A program made the translations under genes and the position numbers. The notes under the pieces were generated by a model. It worked only from the letters and a program-made list of their open reading frames with translations. It was not told the origin of the DNA and did no database searches. From Akkermansia muciniphila (GTDB taxonomy: Bacteria > Verrucomicrobiota > Verrucomicrobiia > Limisphaerales > UBA9464), in contig CAMDGV010000018.1 of NCBI GenBank assembly GCA_945898055.1, positions 25 to 64,024 of the forward strand: 64,000 nt of DNA. The letters run 5' to 3'. Shown in pieces: positions 61,600 through 64,000 of this stretch; the first letter of the stretch is position 1, and the number at the start of each line of letters is the position of its first letter.

Positions 61600-62468
61600 C
61601 CTACGCGATCACGCATCGCACGTTTTACGAATACGCCGCGCCGGTGAGTGTTTCGCAGCACGTCGCCCGGCTCACGCCACGCCTGACGCCGCTGCAACGT
61701 TGCGACGCGTTCGCGCTGGAGATTGCGCCGGTGCCGACGTTGCGCCGAACGAGGACGGATTATTTCGGCAACGAGCTTTGTCTGTTCAGCATCCAGGAAG
61801 TGCATCGTCGGCTGGAGATCACCACGCGAAGCCGCGTTACTGTGAAGCCGAGTGAACCGGCGGCAGCTGCAAGCTCCATCGCATGGGAGGAAGCGGCAAA
61901 GATGTTCCGCGATCCAGTTTCGCCCGCTGTCGTTGAACCGTATCAATTCGTTTTTGATTCACCACAGGTGCGGGCCTCGGTGGAATTGGCGGATTACGCG
62001 CGGGAAAGTTTCGGCGACGAAACCCCGTTGCTGGTCGGAGCGCGCGATCTCACTCGGCGGATTTTCGCTGATTTCAAATTTGATCCCAAGGCGACGACCG
62101 TTGCGACGCCGCTTGAGGAAGTCTGGGAGAAGCGGCGCGGTGTTTGTCAGGACTTCGCGCATCTCGGCATCGCATGCCTGCGTTCGCTGGGGCTGCCTGC
62201 GCGTTATGTGAGCGGTTATCTGCGCACGCGCCCACCGGAAGGCAAACCCCGGATGGTCGGCGCGGACGCCAGCCATGCATGGTTCAGAGTCTTTTGTCCT
62301 GGGATTGGTTGGATGGGGTTTGATCCCACCAACAATTGCGAACCGGCCGAGGAACATATCATCGTGGCGTATGGCCGAGACTTCGGCGACGTGAGTCCGG
62401 TGGCGGGAATTCTCACAGGTGGCGGCGAGCATGAGGTTCAAGTGTCAGTGGATGTAGCGGAGATCTGA
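61596..62468 (+). CDS. Transglutaminase family protein
   Basis: [47 protein letters not shown] start overlaps the upstream stop. Confidence 0.93.
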   Translation: MTYAITHRTFYEYAAPVSVSQHVARLTPRLTPLQRCDAFALEIAPVPTLRRTRTDYFGNELCLFSIQEVHRRLEITTRSRVTVKPSEPAAAASSIAWEEAAKMFRDPVSPAVVEPYQFVFDSPQVRASVELADYARESFGDETPLLVGARDLTRRIFADFKFDPKATTVATPLEEVWEKRRGVCQDFAHLGIACLRSLGLPARYVSGYLRTRPPEGKPRMVGADASHAWFRVFCPGIGWMGFDPTNNCEPAEEHIIVAYGRDFGDVSPVAGILTGGGEHEVQVSVDVAEI

Positions 62469-62471
62469 ACA

Positions 62472-63305
62472 ATGAAATGGGAAATTATCCATCGAACAAG
62501 CTACGCCTATGCCTCCCCAGTGCATAACAGCTTTAACGAAGCGCGGCTGCAACCGTTCTCAGACGAGTGGCAGACGGTGGATTATTTTCTCCTGAAAGTC
62601 CTCCCAGCAGCGCGCCTTCGGCATCACCATGATTTCTATTCCAACGTGGTCCACCACTTTGAAATTGTTGAGCCGCACAACACGCTGATGGTTGAGAGCA
62701 ACCTGCGCGTGACCACCAAGGCGCGTCCGCTACTTGCGCTGGACGCCACGCTGTTCTCGCTGTCGCGGATCAGCGAGGCCGCGCGCGAACCACGCGTCTT
62801 TGATTTTTTACAGGAGAGCCGGTTCGTGGATCTGTCGCCCGAGGTCTGGAGGTTCGCGCTCGATGCGACTGATGGCATCACCGACACATGGCAGGCGGCG
62901 TTGGCGTTGATGGGATTTGTTCACGGCACTTTAAAATATGAACCGAACTCCACCACCGCCCATACTCACGCGCGTGAGGTTTTGCGGGACAAACGCGGCG
63001 TTTGCCAGGATTTTGCGCATGTGTTGATCGGCTTGTGTCGTGTGCTGAAGATTCCCGCGCTCTACGTCAGCGGTTATCTCGCGACGGAAGCAGCCAGCGC
63101 GACCCATGCGTGGGTGGAAGTTTTGATTCCCGGCGTCGGTTGGCGGCCGCTTGATCCGACACACAACCGGGAGGCGGATGAGAATTACGTCAAAATTGCG
63201 GTGGGGCGGGACTATTCAGATGTTGCGCCCGTCACGGGAACCTACAAAGGCACGACGGAGCGGAAGATGGAGGTCAACGTCAAGATTGAGCGTTTGAACG
63301 GTTAA
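62472..63305 (+). CDS. Transglutaminase family protein (second)
   Basis: [41 protein letters not shown]. Confidence 0.93.
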   Translation: MKWEIIHRTSYAYASPVHNSFNEARLQPFSDEWQTVDYFLLKVLPAARLRHHHDFYSNVVHHFEIVEPHNTLMVESNLRVTTKARPLLALDATLFSLSRISEAAREPRVFDFLQESRFVDLSPEVWRFALDATDGITDTWQAALALMGFVHGTLKYEPNSTTAHTHAREVLRDKRGVCQDFAHVLIGLCRVLKIPALYVSGYLATEAASATHAWVEVLIPGVGWRPLDPTHNREADENYVKIAVGRDYSDVAPVTGTYKGTTERKMEVNVKIERLNG

Positions 63306-64000
63306 ACTTTCCGGCTCGGCGATAAAAATAGATCGACGTTCCTACCAGCACCGACACCACGTCGAAGATGGAGTTGAGCAATGCTGACTTCCCCGCAGCA
63401 ATTGCAATGCGATATGCCACGAAGTCGTTATAAACCGTGAAGCTCAGGAACGTGAGCGCGAAGAGGTTGAATATCCACCGCACGATGGGATAGCCGAGCA
63501 CTTTGTAGGCGCGCGGGGCGTCCGGCATCTTCCATCTCATCACGAACACGCCCTATGCTCCCGTCGCGTGGAAAATCCACGTCACGAAGATCAGCGTTTC
63601 GAACGTGCCGCTGAAGAGCAGCGCGACGCTCCAGAAGCTTTGCGCCACAAGCGATCCGGCGGGCGTGTGAAAGCGTGGATGCACGTTGCCGATGAAACGC
63701 GGGGAGACATTGAGGCGCGACATCGAGAAATAAACCCGCGCCGCAGCCATGATGATGGCGTTGTCGTGCCGAAGGTTGAAACCATCACCAGTGCCGCGAC
63801 CCAATATCCTCCGCCGGAAAATATTTTTTTCTGCCACATCAAAGTCGAAAAACCTGGTGGACTTGGCGAGTTCATCCACGGGAAGCACGTAGAGATACGC
63901 CATATTCATCAGCACGTAGATCGTGGTCACGGTCAACATGCCGCGCAACAACGTGAGCGGGATGTTGCTTTGCGACTGCTTCACATCACCCGCGATGTAA
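63302..64000 (-). pseudogene. APC-family amino acid permease, frameshifted or stopped; 5' part outside the window
   Basis: NIP..L..GML.VT.IY.L.N.AY, AARVYFSM, VHPRFHTP, FVMR.K.PD.PR.YKV.GYP, split across frames with an internal TAG near 63553. Confidence 0.75.

Noticed and set aside
1-64000. tRNA or rRNA genes
   Set aside because: No cloverleaf or rRNA signature sequences were seen by eye.

Overview
Bacterial genomic window, most likely from Verrucomicrobiota (Pedosphaerales/Limisphaerales-like), judged from the DUF1501, TIGR03790 and LamG/Ig secreted-protein styles. It alternates between decayed accessory zones and intact blocks. (1) 1-15.7 kb is accessory: the 3' end of a group II intron inside an hsdM remnant, a 1383-aa secreted LamG/Ig protein, rhuM/hsdM debris, a light-stress cluster with a domain-inverted photolyase, RAYT-type HUH transposase remnants, an ankyrin protein and short AT-rich genes. 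(2) 15.8-32.8 kb is mostly core: OM barrel, DUF1501, gntP, kdgK, tyrA-aroA-cmk, TIGR03790, alkA, ftsK, GT2. (3) 33.1-37.6 kb is mobile debris: integrase-less attC cassettes, RAYT, ISKra4, DUF4338 and a phage portal. (4) 37.8-50.3 kb is a porin-urtABCDE-ureD-ureAB-ureC-ureF-ureG locus behind a sigma54-like promoter, with plant/fungal-type urease proteins and no ureE. (5) An arylsulfatase. (6) 53-63.3 kb is a six-gene circularly permuted ATP-grasp/alpha-E/transglutaminase operon, also behind a sigma54-like motif. The main unexplained signals are a ~27-bp repeat (CCCTCCGCGTCAAAAAGCAAATTCCTA) found six times at module junctions, a family of internally deleted RAYT elements with GGGGTCAGTT ends, and an apparent A:T->C:G bias in pseudogenes. 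All family assignments come from motif recognition by eye; no searches were run.
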